Notes under the pieces: generated by a model | Databases searched by the model: none | The model's input: the letters and a program-made list of their open reading frames with translations, nothing else | Told to the model about the DNA's origin: nothing | Part shown: piece after piece, positions 1-10,396 of the stretch | Numbering within the stretch: the stretch's first letter is position 1 | Layout: every line of letters starts with the position of its first letter | IMG/VR virus record: IMGVR_UViG_3300037502_001442 | Coordinates: 7,823-71,822 of that record | Length of the DNA stretch: 64,000 nt | Strand: one strand, 5' to 3' | From: a virus | Program-made: the position numbers and the translations under genes

Positions 1-129
1 TGTACCACAATCTGTCCTCCTCTAAGGTGCTAGGGTCACACGGTACCAGCGACCACGCCCTCCCCACAAGTATTTGCCCGTGGTATGATGTTTTTCATAC
101 TTAACCCATAGGAATGAGTGTAACAACCC

Positions 130-1815
130 ATGGCTATTGATTTCTGGTCTCCTTCATATAGGGCGTCGTCCAGCGATCTCACTGTTGCCATCTCTCCTCT
201 GGGCCTCGTCGAACTTGCAGACGAAGAGTTTGAGGTTCATGGACCGCGACTGAACCGTTATGCGGCCGCTTGGGCTTGGTATCTGGGCCACCACTGGTCC
301 TACCGCCGAGAGATGGGCGAGTCTCAGTTCTACATGAACTACGTCCGCACGATGTCGGACTACATCACCAACTTCTGCTTCGGTAAGGGCGTTCAGTTCC
401 GCGTTCCCGAGCAGAACGCGGCGATTATCCCCCATCTTCTTGCCCGTGTCTGGGAACAGCACAACCACAAGCACTACGTGCTTTGGGAAATGGGACAGTT
501 GGCCTCGGTCACTGGCGACTGCTTTGTCAAGGTTGCCTATGAGGAGCCCTACGTCGACCCCGCTGGCGTCCCTGTTGAGGGCCGCATTCGTATTATTCCG
601 CTGAACCCCGCTCACTGCTTCCCTGAGTACCACCCCCACGACCGCGACCGACTTCTGCGCTTCAAGTTGAAGTACCGCTTCTGGGGCACCTCGCCCGAGG
701 GCACCCGTCAGGTCTACACCTTCACGGAAATCCTTTCGGACGGGATGATCCAGCAGTTCATCAACGACGAACTCATCGATCAGTACGAGAACGTCCTCGG
801 GATCATCCCGATTGTCCACATCCCGAACACCAGCATCTCGTCGTCCCCGTGGGGCCAGAGCGACATTTGGGACATCATCCCGCTCAACCGCGAACTCAAC
901 GAGAAGATGGCCGAGGTTTCGGACATCATCAACTACCACGCCGCCCCTGTAACCATCATCACGGGCGCTAAGGCCAGCCAGTTGGAGCGCGGTCCTAAGA
1001 AGGTCTGGGCTGGTCTGCCCAAGGACGCCAGCGTGTTCAACCTTGAGTCCCGTGGCGAGATGTCGGGAGCCCTGGAGTACGTCCAGTTCCTGAAGAGGAC
1101 GATGCACGAGATTACGGGCGTTCCTGAGACCGCTCTGGGCCAGTTCCAGCCCGTCTCCAACACCTCTGGCGTGGCTTTGGCTATCCAGTACCAGCCAATG
1201 ATGAACCGCTTCACGATGAAGAAGGTGCACTTCACCAAGGGTCTTGAGCGCATCAACGAGATCATCATCAGAACAGCGGCCGTCTTTGAGCCCCAGATGC
1301 TCGTCTACGACCCGTCCCAGGCGGCGATGCCCGAGAAGGACCAACTTACGCAGTTGGACCCCGCCGATCCGAACACCTACAGGACGATGGTCCACTGGCC
1401 CGAGCCTCTCCCTGTGGACGCCCTCATCAAACTCAACGAGGTCCAGGCCAAGATGGCCCTCGGCCTTGAGTCCAAGCGCGGAGCCCTCCGAATCCTCGGT
1501 GAGGAGTTCCCGAACGAGAAGATGGACGAAATCTTTGAGGAATTGCAGTCTGACGCCCTTGATCAGGGCGCTCTAGACATGCTCCGAGCCCAGATCAACA
1601 TGGCGGTCATGATGGTCACGGGAATGGTCGCTGGTCCTGAGGGACCAGAAACGACTTCGGCTGGAGGTGCTAATGTGTCTTCAGCGGGAGGTTCTTCCGA
1701 GGGTCCGTTGCCTGGAACGGCAGTCGGTCCCATGGAAGAGCAGATGGTGAATCAACTTGTAAGCAAGGCTTACGGCGCTCGTTTCGCACAGCGTCGTGTG
1801 CCTGATGAAGAATAA
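130..1815 (+). CDS. Portal protein (SPP1 gp6-like)
   Basis: 561 aa; motifs 'NYVRTMSDYITNFCFGKG' and 'IPIVHIPN...PWGQSDIWDIIPLNRELN...SGVALAIQYQP' typical of SPP1-type portals; first gene before scaffold and capsid. Confidence 0.85.
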   Translation: MAIDFWSPSYRASSSDLTVAISPLGLVELADEEFEVHGPRLNRYAAAWAWYLGHHWSYRREMGESQFYMNYVRTMSDYITNFCFGKGVQFRVPEQNAAIIPHLLARVWEQHNHKHYVLWEMGQLASVTGDCFVKVAYEEPYVDPAGVPVEGRIRIIPLNPAHCFPEYHPHDRDRLLRFKLKYRFWGTSPEGTRQVYTFTEILSDGMIQQFINDELIDQYENVLGIIPIVHIPNTSISSSPWGQSDIWDIIPLNRELNEKMAEVSDIINYHAAPVTIITGAKASQLERGPKKVWAGLPKDASVFNLESRGEMSGALEYVQFLKRTMHEITGVPETALGQFQPVSNTSGVALAIQYQPMMNRFTMKKVHFTKGLERINEIIIRTAAVFEPQMLVYDPSQAAMPEKDQLTQLDPADPNTYRTMVHWPEPLPVDALIKLNEVQAKMALGLESKRGALRILGEEFPNEKMDEIFEELQSDALDQGALDMLRAQINMAVMMVTGMVAGPEGPETTSAGGANVSSAGGSSEGPLPGTAVGPMEEQMVNQLVSKAYGARFAQRRVPDEE

Positions 1816-1867
1816 AAAGTCCTATTAACTAAGTCCAAATAAGCCAAACTAACGAGGTAGGTAACTC

Positions 1868-2668
1868 ATGGCACGGAATAACGTCCCCGAAGGGGACATC
1901 ATCAGCGTTCCCGTCGACGCTCCCGCAGTGGAGCAGTTCGTTGAGAGCGCAATGAAAAGCACTAACGGCAAGATCTTCACTGAGGACGAGGTCGAGAAGA
2001 TTCGTCAGCAGGAGAAGGACAAGATGTACAAGCGTCTTGAGGATGCCGACAGCAGGGTCAAGACCCTTGAGGAGCAGATCAACCTCATTGCTGAGGAGCG
2101 CGAGCAGGCCCGCCGAGAGGCTGAAGAGCGTGCCGCCAAGGAGGCCGAACTCCTCCGCCAGCGTGAGGTAGAGGAACTGAGCGCCAAGGAACTCCTCCTG
2201 AAGAAGGAAGACGAGTTCAACCAGCGGATCAATACCGTCGAGCAGGAGTGGCAGAGCCGCCTTGCCGAGATTGAGGCCCAGCGTCAGGCTCAGGAAGCCC
2301 TCCTTGAGAAAGAGCGCCGTCTCCAGGAACTGGAGCACTACCGCAACAGCCGTCTCCAGGCTGAGCAGGAGGCCATCATCCCCGAACTGATCGACCTCGT
2401 CTCGGGTAACTCCGAGGAGGAGATCGAGCAATCGATTGCTGTGCTACGAGATCGTTCTTCTGCTATTATTGAGTCAATCCAGCAGGCGACCGCGCAGTCG
2501 CAAAGTCGTCTGAGGGGGGCTCCTGTTACGGCTCCCCCCGTTGGGCCGATGGAAACTCAGACGGAATACCAGCAGTTGAATGCGGATGACATCCGCAACA
2601 TGTCGATGGATCAGTACGCGAAGATGCGGGACAGGCTCCTGAATGCTCGGACCCGAGGACGCTTTTAG
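1868..2668 (+). CDS. Capsid scaffolding protein
   Basis: E/K/R/Q-rich coiled coil, C-terminal 'IRNMSMDQYAKMRDRLL'; lies between portal and major capsid. Confidence 0.75.
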   Translation: MARNNVPEGDIISVPVDAPAVEQFVESAMKSTNGKIFTEDEVEKIRQQEKDKMYKRLEDADSRVKTLEEQINLIAEEREQARREAEERAAKEAELLRQREVEELSAKELLLKKEDEFNQRINTVEQEWQSRLAEIEAQRQAQEALLEKERRLQELEHYRNSRLQAEQEAIIPELIDLVSGNSEEEIEQSIAVLRDRSSAIIESIQQATAQSQSRLRGAPVTAPPVGPMETQTEYQQLNADDIRNMSMDQYAKMRDRLLNARTRGRF

Positions 2669-2723
2669 TCCAAGGGTTCACCCCCAAACATCCACAAACC
2701 CCTAACCACGGAGGAAAAATCCC

Positions 2724-3806
2724 ATGGCCTATCCTGGCCCTTCTGGTGGAGCGATTACCACGGCGGGAGCAACCAGCGCGACTGGTTACTCCAGCGGTGA
2801 GTACCTCTCCCCCGCAATTCAGACCATTTGGTCGAAAGAGATCCTGTTCCAGGCGATGCCCGTGCTTCGCTTCGAGCAGTTCGCAGTCAAGAAGACGGAA
2901 CTCGGCGTCATGCCTGGTCTCACGATCAACTTCATGCGTTACAACAACCTTGCCACTGATGAGGCGAACGGTTCGGAACTGACCGAGGGTGTCCGTATGG
3001 ACCCCGTCGCTCTGTCGTCCAGCCAGATCCAGATCACGGTCAAGGAGCAGGGCAAGGCGGTCTCCGTGACCGAACTCCTGCTGAACGCTTCGTTCGACGA
3101 TGTCATGGCCTCGGCTTCGCGCCTTCTCGGCCGTCACATGGCTCAGTCGATGGACATCCAGGCCCGTAACACCCTCTACAAGAACGCTGTGCCGTTCGGT
3201 GGTGGGGCGGCTGTTCCCCCGAGCGTCGTCTTCGGTCGTACGCCTGCGGCCAGCCGTGGCTCGATCAGCCCGTACGACGCTGGTACCCTCGGCAACGCCT
3301 CGGCTCCTGGCTACATGTCGCCCGCGACCATCAAGGACGCTGTCGAGGTGCTGGCTGAGCAGAACATCCCGCGCCTTGGCGACACCTACGTGTGCTTCGT
3401 GCACCCGTCGCAGAGCCGCTCGATCCGTGACTGGCCCGAGTTCATCGAGGTCTCGAAGTACGCCGCTCCTGGCAACTTCATGCTCGGTGAGATCGGCCGT
3501 CTGTACGACGTGGTGTTCATTGAGACGACCCAGGTGAAGAAGGGCCTTACCCTTTCCAACGTCACCGACACCGACACGAACTTCTCGTCGGCTGGTGTTC
3601 AGTCGAACGCGAATGCGTACAACGCGATCATGATCGGTGACAACGCCTTTGGTCAGGCCATTGCCCTCCCCGTGGAACTCCGCGACGGCGGTGTGATCGA
3701 CTTCGGTCGTGAGCACGGTCTCTCGTGGTACGCGATCTGGGGCTTCGGCATGATCACCCACGAGTCCCGAGTGGTGATCAACACCCTCGGTGGCGCCATC
3801 TCCTGA
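2724..3806 (+). CDS. Major capsid protein (N4 gp56-like, HK97 fold)
   Basis: 'PG.TINFMRYNNL', 'ELTEGV', 'YVCFVHPSQ', 'GEIGRLYDVVFIET', 'DFGREHGLSWY'; strong codon bias; RBS GGAGGA upstream. Confidence 0.9.
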   Translation: MAYPGPSGGAITTAGATSATGYSSGEYLSPAIQTIWSKEILFQAMPVLRFEQFAVKKTELGVMPGLTINFMRYNNLATDEANGSELTEGVRMDPVALSSSQIQITVKEQGKAVSVTELLLNASFDDVMASASRLLGRHMAQSMDIQARNTLYKNAVPFGGGAAVPPSVVFGRTPAASRGSISPYDAGTLGNASAPGYMSPATIKDAVEVLAEQNIPRLGDTYVCFVHPSQSRSIRDWPEFIEVSKYAAPGNFMLGEIGRLYDVVFIETTQVKKGLTLSNVTDTDTNFSSAGVQSNANAYNAIMIGDNAFGQAIALPVELRDGGVIDFGREHGLSWYAIWGFGMITHESRVVINTLGGAIS

Positions 3807-3832
3807 TAACACAGGACCACACAATCGTGTAG

Positions 3833-3874
3833 AGTGTGGGGGAACGGCCTTCGGGCCTAGTACCCCACACTTTT
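3833..3874 (+). terminator. Intrinsic terminator after the capsid gene
   Basis: AGTGTGGGG...CCCCACACT stem enclosing GGCC-TTCG-GGCC, followed by a T run. Confidence 0.65.
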
Positions 3875-3899
3875 CACACTCACACCATAAGGAGTAGAA

Positions 3900-4133
3900 A
3901 TGCCTAGCAAGAAGACCATCGACGCATTTGTCGTGTCAGAGGATGACTTTGACGACGAGGGCACTGTTGTTGCCCCTGGTGGAACTGGTACAAAGAAGGG
4001 GCGCGTCAAGGGCTCCTGGACGATGTACTGGGGAAACACGAAGTACGAGTTTGAGGACGGCAGGGCGTATGTCCTTCCCACCGACCTCTACCAGTACCTT
4101 CGAGAGAACGATTCTATTTACGACACTCTGTGA
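3900..4133 (+). CDS. Small head-module protein
   Basis: 77 aa ORF with AAGGAG RBS directly after the capsid gene. Confidence 0.7.
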   Translation: MPSKKTIDAFVVSEDDFDDEGTVVAPGGTGTKKGRVKGSWTMYWGNTKYEFEDGRAYVLPTDLYQYLRENDSIYDTL

Positions 4134-4141
4134 GGTAATTA

Positions 4142-5452
4142 ATGGGCGGGTTCACGATCCCGAATACGCCAGATGCGTATAACCAGAATCAAGCCGAACC
4201 CGACTCGTTAGACTTCCAGATTCTTGGTGATCAGCGCTACGGCGTGATCAGCGGCATGGGGGTTATCAACCCCCTGTCCGCAGGTACTGTTGACGTCGAG
4301 GCTGGCGTCATCCTCATCAATGGTCAGCAACACTCGTTTGCTGGCATCCAGGGGGTGCAACTAACCCCCTACGCCTCTGCGCCCTTCTTTGACGTTGTTG
4401 TCGCCCGCCATGACGGTTCCAGCAACGTCACGATTGTGGTTGTCGACGGTACTACCGTCAACCCCCGCTACCCCGCTATTGACCGCACCACTGACGTGGT
4501 ACTTGCCACCGTGTGGCGGGACAATGCTGGCCTAACTTCGTCCCACATTACGGACAAGCGCTACTTTGTCCGAGCCAACTCCAACTACGTCGAGCCTGGT
4601 GACCCTGACCCCGCTCGCGGTAGCACTGGCGACTTCTGGGTTGAGAGCAACTGGACCCCTGGTCCGAGCCTTGACTCACCTGTTTCCGTCAAGATCGGTG
4701 CCTCCTACATCAACCTTGCCAAGTGGTCAGGGACCGAGAACATCATCACCACGGGCTCTTTTACTGGCGCAAACCTAACCCTGTCTGGTAACGCCAATAT
4801 CAACCGCGTGATTCCCGCTTCCAACGTGGGTACTGGTAGCCCTGTTCGTGTTTGGGGAGTCACCGCTGAGGGAGACAACACCCTCCGTGCTTACCCTACG
4901 ACCTCTCTAGCCGTAAATACGGCCACACGGTTGGACAGCGGCGGACGCTCTATCTCGTACGCTACTGGCTCTTCTGAGGGAGGCACTGGCTGGCTCACCA
5001 CGGGCGCCTTCTACGCATCTGGCACTGGTCTTCGGTATTCGTTTACCCCTGACACCAACACTGGTATCGGTAATACGTCTACTCAAGGACAGGTTTCTGT
5101 TTATAACAACGGCGATATCAGGGCCCTATTTACTAACTCTGGATTGACCGTTTACGGAAGCGTTACTGAGTCCTCGTCTTTGCGGTACAAGGACAACGTC
5201 CAGGACCTCAAGTTCAACGCCAAGGACCTTTTGAAGGTCAGGCTCGTTACGTTCCGCCTCACTAACTCCCTGCACGCCCAATACACGGGCCTCATCGCTG
5301 AGGAACTGGACAAGTTGGAGGGTGGTAAGCCCTTCGTCACCTATGACGAGGCTGGGCGCCCCGACGGTATCAACTACGCCCAGTTGGCTGTTGCTTATAT
5401 CGAATTACTAAAGGATCACGAGGCTCGCCTGTCTGCACTTGAGGCCAAGTGA
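4142..5452 (+). CDS. Fibre-like virion protein with C-terminal intramolecular chaperone (peptidase S74-like)
   Basis: G/S/T-rich beta-like body; C-terminal 'SSLRYKDNV...GLIAEEL...INYAQL...IELLKDHEARLSALE'. Confidence 0.75.
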   Translation: MGGFTIPNTPDAYNQNQAEPDSLDFQILGDQRYGVISGMGVINPLSAGTVDVEAGVILINGQQHSFAGIQGVQLTPYASAPFFDVVVARHDGSSNVTIVVVDGTTVNPRYPAIDRTTDVVLATVWRDNAGLTSSHITDKRYFVRANSNYVEPGDPDPARGSTGDFWVESNWTPGPSLDSPVSVKIGASYINLAKWSGTENIITTGSFTGANLTLSGNANINRVIPASNVGTGSPVRVWGVTAEGDNTLRAYPTTSLAVNTATRLDSGGRSISYATGSSEGGTGWLTTGAFYASGTGLRYSFTPDTNTGIGNTSTQGQVSVYNNGDIRALFTNSGLTVYGSVTESSSLRYKDNVQDLKFNAKDLLKVRLVTFRLTNSLHAQYTGLIAEELDKLEGGKPFVTYDEAGRPDGINYAQLAVAYIELLKDHEARLSALEAK

Positions 5453-5613
5453 TGCCCCACGAACTCGAACGCCCCATTCCCAAGCCCTCTGGAAATGTCG
5501 TTGACGCCGTCCAGGTGAGGCAGGTTATGGCCCCCCGCGTCAGGGAGACCCAGCCGCAAATCAATCAGCCGTATCAGGACACGATTCCTGGAGAAGGTTC
5601 TGGTGACCAATAA
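5452..5613 (+). CDS. Small hypothetical protein (53 aa, MPHELERPIPKP...)
   Basis: Translated by hand; overlaps both neighbours by stop/start (TGATG, TAATG). Confidence 0.6.
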   Translation: MPHELERPIPKPSGNVVDAVQVRQVMAPRVRETQPQINQPYQDTIPGEGSGDQ

Positions 5614-6422
5614 TGACTCAAGAAATTAGCCCTGAACTTCTGGAGGAACTGTCCACGCTGGCCCGCAACTACCTGCGGGACTTCCCCAAGTTCTTCCAGA
5701 CCTCGTTTGACGCTGTCGGCCGCACCTACCAGTTGGGACAGATCAACATTGATAAACCCACCTTCTGGGTGGCAACGACCACTGGTGCCAGCGCGACCGA
5801 ACTTTCGGACAACCAGTACTCGCTTGACGTCCGTAACGGAGTTCTACGTCTGGCGTCTACCCCTGCCGCTGGCTCTCGCATCATGGTAGAGGGCTACTAC
5901 TACGAGTGGTTCCTCCCCGAAGATCTTGAGTACTACGTCAAGAGGTCCATCTACTTCCACGACCAGACGATCCATATCCCTATTGAGAGCGCAAACAAGG
6001 CTGTCAAGGACACGGTGGGAATGGCTGGTCTGATTGAGGCCCTGTGGGCTCTCATGACCGAGTATTCGCGTGACATCGACGTCATGACCTCTGAGTCGAT
6101 TCACATTCCTGGTTCTCAGCGTTTCCGCATGCTTCAGGCCCTCATTGCCCAATGGGAGGCCGAATACCGCAAACATGCCAACAACCTGAACATCGGCCCC
6201 GAGCGCATCGAGATCATGAACCTGCGCCGCGTGTCCCGTACCACCAACCGCCTTGTGCCCCTCTTCGTGGCCAAGGAGTTGGGCGACTACGACCCGTACG
6301 AGCGTATTTTCGTGGACGACCACCCCCAACAGATTCTCCTTACTGACGAGGAATCTCTCAGGGACAACGTGTACATCGACGGAGACCCGCCCACGGGCAT
6401 TCCTACTAATGCGTACTTCTGA
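5613..6422 (+). CDS. Putative head-tail adaptor
   Basis: Position after the head genes; 269 aa; translationally coupled. Confidence 0.5.
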   Translation: MTQEISPELLEELSTLARNYLRDFPKFFQTSFDAVGRTYQLGQINIDKPTFWVATTTGASATELSDNQYSLDVRNGVLRLASTPAAGSRIMVEGYYYEWFLPEDLEYYVKRSIYFHDQTIHIPIESANKAVKDTVGMAGLIEALWALMTEYSRDIDVMTSESIHIPGSQRFRMLQALIAQWEAEYRKHANNLNIGPERIEIMNLRRVSRTTNRLVPLFVAKELGDYDPYERIFVDDHPQQILLTDEESLRDNVYIDGDPPTGIPTNAYF

Positions 6423-6958
6423 TGGACGCTCGGCGCGAACTATCGCATATTCGCAAGCACTATAGGCAGTACAGCCGCGACTACGGCGAGACCGTGGTCT
6501 ACTTTGAGTTTGTCCCGCTAGCCAATGCGGCCAGTGCTGGTTCGGTTTACGACGACATCTACGACGAGGGAGCCCCTGGAGAAGGGGGCCGAAAGTACCG
6601 AGAAGGTCTTGTTCTCCCTGTCCTGATGATCACCGAGGCCGAGGACCAGAAGAGGGCCATCCCCGAGGGCCGTCAGCCTGTCCAGTTGGCTAACTTCGTG
6701 GCCTCCATCGAGGACATGCGGGATGCTGGCGTCACCAACCCCTTTGAGTACCAGACCCACCTAAACGACATGTTCCTGTACGACGGCAGGTACTTTTCGG
6801 TCGTCTCCTACCGTGTCCGTGGGCGCACGAGAGACGACGTTCTGGTGGTCGTCGAGGGCATTGAGGTTTACATCAGCGAGGAAATGTCCAACGACATTGG
6901 CCCAGCCCCGTTCTCTATCCAGGATGACCCCTGGCCTTCTAGGCTTCCCGAACTCTGA
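6422..6958 (+). CDS. Putative neck/head-closure protein
   Basis: Synteny; 'YDDIYDEG...NDMFLYDGRYFSV' pattern resembles neck proteins. Confidence 0.45.
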   Translation: MDARRELSHIRKHYRQYSRDYGETVVYFEFVPLANAASAGSVYDDIYDEGAPGEGGRKYREGLVLPVLMITEAEDQKRAIPEGRQPVQLANFVASIEDMRDAGVTNPFEYQTHLNDMFLYDGRYFSVVSYRVRGRTRDDVLVVVEGIEVYISEEMSNDIGPAPFSIQDDPWPSRLPEL

Positions 6959-7019
6959 TAAACTTGGAATAACCCTGATGCGCGTCAGGGGGTCCAACGC
7001 CTAGAATCCTGAGGGAAGT

Positions 7020-7418
7020 ATGACTGCTTCTTCAACCTACTCCCGCAACGGTTCTAGCGCGTCCACGCCCGCAGAGTTCTCCCCGTTTGTTTCATGGGTT
7101 GAGAGCGCGGTAAACGCACTTCCTCAGGCAATCGTTCAGGCCATCACCGCCGTTGAAAAGGAAGAGAAGACCTTCCTTGAGGACAGGTTAAACAGGCACC
7201 CTGACTGGGCCGCTATCAAGCCCAACGCCAATGTCCGCTATGGGCAAGAGGGGATGGTCTACCAGGTTCCTGGGGCGCAAGCCCATCAACTGGAATACGG
7301 CAATCCTGAGGAAAGCATCGTTGCCACTGGTCTCGTGCGCTCGACGGCCAAGAGGCGCGAGTACGACGTTCAGCAATCCTTGACAGGTCACATCAACAAG
7401 GCGATCACGAGTGCCTAA
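7020..7418 (+). CDS. Putative neck/tail-completion protein
   Basis: 'AHQLEYGN' resembles the HK97 gp10-like LEYG motif; synteny. Confidence 0.45.
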   Translation: MTASSTYSRNGSSASTPAEFSPFVSWVESAVNALPQAIVQAITAVEKEEKTFLEDRLNRHPDWAAIKPNANVRYGQEGMVYQVPGAQAHQLEYGNPEESIVATGLVRSTAKRREYDVQQSLTGHINKAITSA

Positions 7419-8088
7419 TCCTGGGTTCCTTCTTGCCGAAGATGCGGCCGTAAAGGCTCGATTCTCCAACCTCACGGTCAAAGATGATCGAGAAAACGCT
7501 CGCCCTGTTCAGGTTTTCTTTCGCTACCCTGAGGCTGAGACTGAGCGCTCTTACCCGTTCATTACCATCGAGATGATCGATGTCGTCCATGCTCGCAACC
7601 GCCAGCACTCCGAGTCTCAGATTGTATACGCACGGTCTACTACGACTGGAGCCAGTGCTTTTGGCGGGCCAGACCAGATGGAGTATTGGCCCAGCAAAAT
7701 CTCTGATTTGGACACAGTCCAGAACTCGTCCCAGTACGATTTCCTCGTCAGCAACGAGTTTGTGCCTGTCGACATCCTGTATCAAGTGTCGACCTACACC
7801 CGTAGCGCACTTCACGACCGCCAACTCAGCGCCCAAATGTTGAGTACAATTACACCGTTCCGAAGGGGCTTTATTGCGGTTCCAGAGGACGGCACAATGA
7901 GGCGTTTTGATCTTTTGGATTGGACGACTGCGGACCTGTTAGACTCCGAGTCTGGCTACCGCAAGCGCATTTTCCGAAAGATCTACACGATCCAGATGTC
8001 GGCCGAGATTCCCTCGACCAACATGTATGGAGCGTATCAAATTACAAACGTTATCCCTACCATCAGTGGCACCAATCTCGATTCGTAA
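7411..8088 (+). CDS. Putative tail terminator / sheath stabiliser
   Basis: 'YPFITIEMIDV...PVDILYQVSTYTR' pattern; immediately upstream of the sheath gene. Confidence 0.55.
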   Translation: MPNPGFLLAEDAAVKARFSNLTVKDDRENARPVQVFFRYPEAETERSYPFITIEMIDVVHARNRQHSESQIVYARSTTTGASAFGGPDQMEYWPSKISDLDTVQNSSQYDFLVSNEFVPVDILYQVSTYTRSALHDRQLSAQMLSTITPFRRGFIAVPEDGTMRRFDLLDWTTADLLDSESGYRKRIFRKIYTIQMSAEIPSTNMYGAYQITNVIPTISGTNLDS

Positions 8089-8121
8089 CCCCCGCATACT
8101 TACTCAGGAGTAAAAAACACA

Positions 8122-9726
8122 ATGGCATATTCCCGCCCTGGAGTCTACGTCACCGAAGGACCCTTCTCGACCAACGCCTTTTCTGGCACTGGTGTGGTCC
8201 CCGCCTCTTTCGTTGGCACGGTTGCCCGTGGACCCGTCACCCCCACTCTGGTTACTTCTTGGAACCAGTACAAGACGCAGTTTGGTGATCTGACGAATGC
8301 GTCGGATCTCGGCTATGCCGTCTACCAGTTCTTCGCCAATGGTGGTCGGGCCGCTTACGTGACCCGCGTTTACCACAGCGTGTCCACTGGTGCCGCCTCT
8401 GCTACCGACGCAACGGCTGAGACGACCGCCTATGTCGGCACCGTTGGTGGTGCTTCGACTTCGGTTGACATCTTCAAGATCAAGGCCAACAGCCCTGGCA
8501 CCTGGGCCAACTACACGGCCGCTACGTCGACGGCCGCTACGGCTGGACTTCGTGTGGTTGTGACCGCTGGTCTCCGCAACGGTGTCCCTGAGGGTCAGGG
8601 CGGAACTGGTACGCCGACCACCTTCAACATCTCGGTGCTCCTCAATGGGGTCGAGGTTGAGCGTTGGCGTGAGGTGTCGCTGGACCCCGATTCGGCCCAG
8701 TTTGCCCCGTCCATTGTCAACCAGTACTCAAACTACATCTCGGTTGACGCCGACGACATCAACGCCAGCATCACGTCTGGTGTGTACTACACCCTGACTC
8801 TTGCGACTGAGGAGAATAGGACTCGTGACCTCGCTGGTGGCACCACGAGCGCTCCCGAGACCGTGGACTGGCAGGATGCGGTGGACCGCCTCGACGAGGT
8901 GACTGATGCCATGAACATCAACCTTGTTGGTCGTTCGGACTCCACCCTCGTCAATTACGCTCTGGCCTACGCTGAGGGCCGTGGCGACTGCTTTGTCATC
9001 ATCGATCCTGACAAGAGCCTTCTCTCCGAGGATGGCATCAGGACCCTTGTGGACGGCTACAGCAAGTCCTCGTACGGCGCGGTGTACTACCCGATGCTGA
9101 AGATGCCTGATCCCGCCCGTAGCGGTACGACCACCCTCCGTGACACCTACCCTGGTGGCGCTGTGGCTGGCCTGTTCTCGCGTGTTGAGATCGAGCGCAC
9201 CATTGCCAAGGCTCCCGCTGGTTACCTGTACGACCTGCGTAACGCCTTTGCTCTGGCGGTCAACTTCACCGATGTGGCTGTCGGCACCCTGTACGATGCC
9301 AATATCAACACGATGAAGGTCGTTCCTGGCGGTGGTGTCATCATCAATGGCGCCCGCACCCTCAAGAAGACTGACATCACCCGCTACGTGCCCGTTCGCC
9401 GCTCACTCAACTTCATCAAGAAGAGCGTCGAGGACATCGCCAAACTGTCGCTGTTCGAGCCGAACGGCGAGCGAGTTTGGTCCGAGGTCAGCACCCGCAT
9501 CACCCGATTCCTCACGGATTTCTGGGGCGGTGGAGGTCTCAAGGGCCGCAATGCCAGCGAGGCTTTCTTCGTGGTCTGCGACGCTTCTAACAACACGGCT
9601 TACACGATGCAAAACGGTGAACTACACGTCGAGGTTGGTGTCGCCCTACAGACCCCTGCCGAATTCATTATCATCAATGTCACCCAGTTCGCTGGGGGAT
9701 CTACCACCGCAACGGAAGCGGTCTAA
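8122..9726 (+). CDS. Contractile tail sheath protein
   Basis: 'RPGVYVTE', 'YAVYQFFANGG..AYVTRV', 'GARTL', 'RYVPVRR', 'FEPN', 'PAEFIII'. Confidence 0.95.
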   Translation: MAYSRPGVYVTEGPFSTNAFSGTGVVPASFVGTVARGPVTPTLVTSWNQYKTQFGDLTNASDLGYAVYQFFANGGRAAYVTRVYHSVSTGAASATDATAETTAYVGTVGGASTSVDIFKIKANSPGTWANYTAATSTAATAGLRVVVTAGLRNGVPEGQGGTGTPTTFNISVLLNGVEVERWREVSLDPDSAQFAPSIVNQYSNYISVDADDINASITSGVYYTLTLATEENRTRDLAGGTTSAPETVDWQDAVDRLDEVTDAMNINLVGRSDSTLVNYALAYAEGRGDCFVIIDPDKSLLSEDGIRTLVDGYSKSSYGAVYYPMLKMPDPARSGTTTLRDTYPGGAVAGLFSRVEIERTIAKAPAGYLYDLRNAFALAVNFTDVAVGTLYDANINTMKVVPGGGVIINGARTLKKTDITRYVPVRRSLNFIKKSVEDIAKLSLFEPNGERVWSEVSTRITRFLTDFWGGGGLKGRNASEAFFVVCDASNNTAYTMQNGELHVEVGVALQTPAEFIIINVTQFAGGSTTATEAV

Positions 9727-9736
9727 GGAGTAAATC

Positions 9737-10375
9737 ATGGCAATTACGGCATCTGCAACCCGTACCGATCCGCTGAGGAACTTCAAGTTCCAGGTCGAGA
9801 TCGTCCCTAACGGAAACGCACTCCGCACCTACACGAAGAACCTGGGCAAACTGGGTTTTGCGTCGATGAGCGGACTGTCGGTCAACAACGACCTCCTCGC
9901 TTACCGCGAGGGTGGCATGAATACCCACACCCACAAGATGGTTGGTCTGTCCGACTTCAACGCCATCTCGTTCATGCGAGGCGTGTTTTCGGAGGGCGAC
10001 GAGATGTGGCGTTGGCAACAGTTCATCCACTCTTGGCAGAGCGGTGTCCCTGGTGGCAACGCTGGCTCCTCGGGTAACGGCGACTATCGTTGCACGATCA
10101 ACGTCCGCGTCTACGACCACCCCGTGACCAGCGACGCCTACTCGTATGTGACCGACGCGGCCAATCCGCCTGACACCCTTGCCAAGCCTGGTGACGTCAA
10201 GTTGATGGTCCGTCTGTACAACTGCTGGCCTGGTGTGTTCTCGTTCGGTGGCCTCTCTGCTGGTGACAGCGGTCTCCTCGTTCAGGAGATGACGGTCCAC
10301 CACGAGGGATTCGTCGTGGCCTGGAACAACACCGACGCTGGCCGACTTGGCCTCCCCCAAGAGTTCCGCTCGTAA
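9737..10375 (+). CDS. Tail tube protein (T4 gp19-like)
   Basis: 'DPLRNFKFQVEI', 'GF..MSGLS', 'YREGG', 'LYNCWP', 'QEMTVHHEG'; follows the sheath gene. Confidence 0.9.
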   Translation: MAITASATRTDPLRNFKFQVEIVPNGNALRTYTKNLGKLGFASMSGLSVNNDLLAYREGGMNTHTHKMVGLSDFNAISFMRGVFSEGDEMWRWQQFIHSWQSGVPGGNAGSSGNGDYRCTINVRVYDHPVTSDAYSYVTDAANPPDTLAKPGDVKLMVRLYNCWPGVFSFGGLSAGDSGLLVQEMTVHHEGFVVAWNNTDAGRLGLPQEFRS

Positions 10376-10396
10376 CAACACTAAAAGGAAAACAAA

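Noticed and set aside
6965-6998. Hairpin upstream of ORF 7020 (similar one at 44280-44300)
   Set aside because: Single short stems with no repeat or U tract; cannot be told apart from ordinary leader structure
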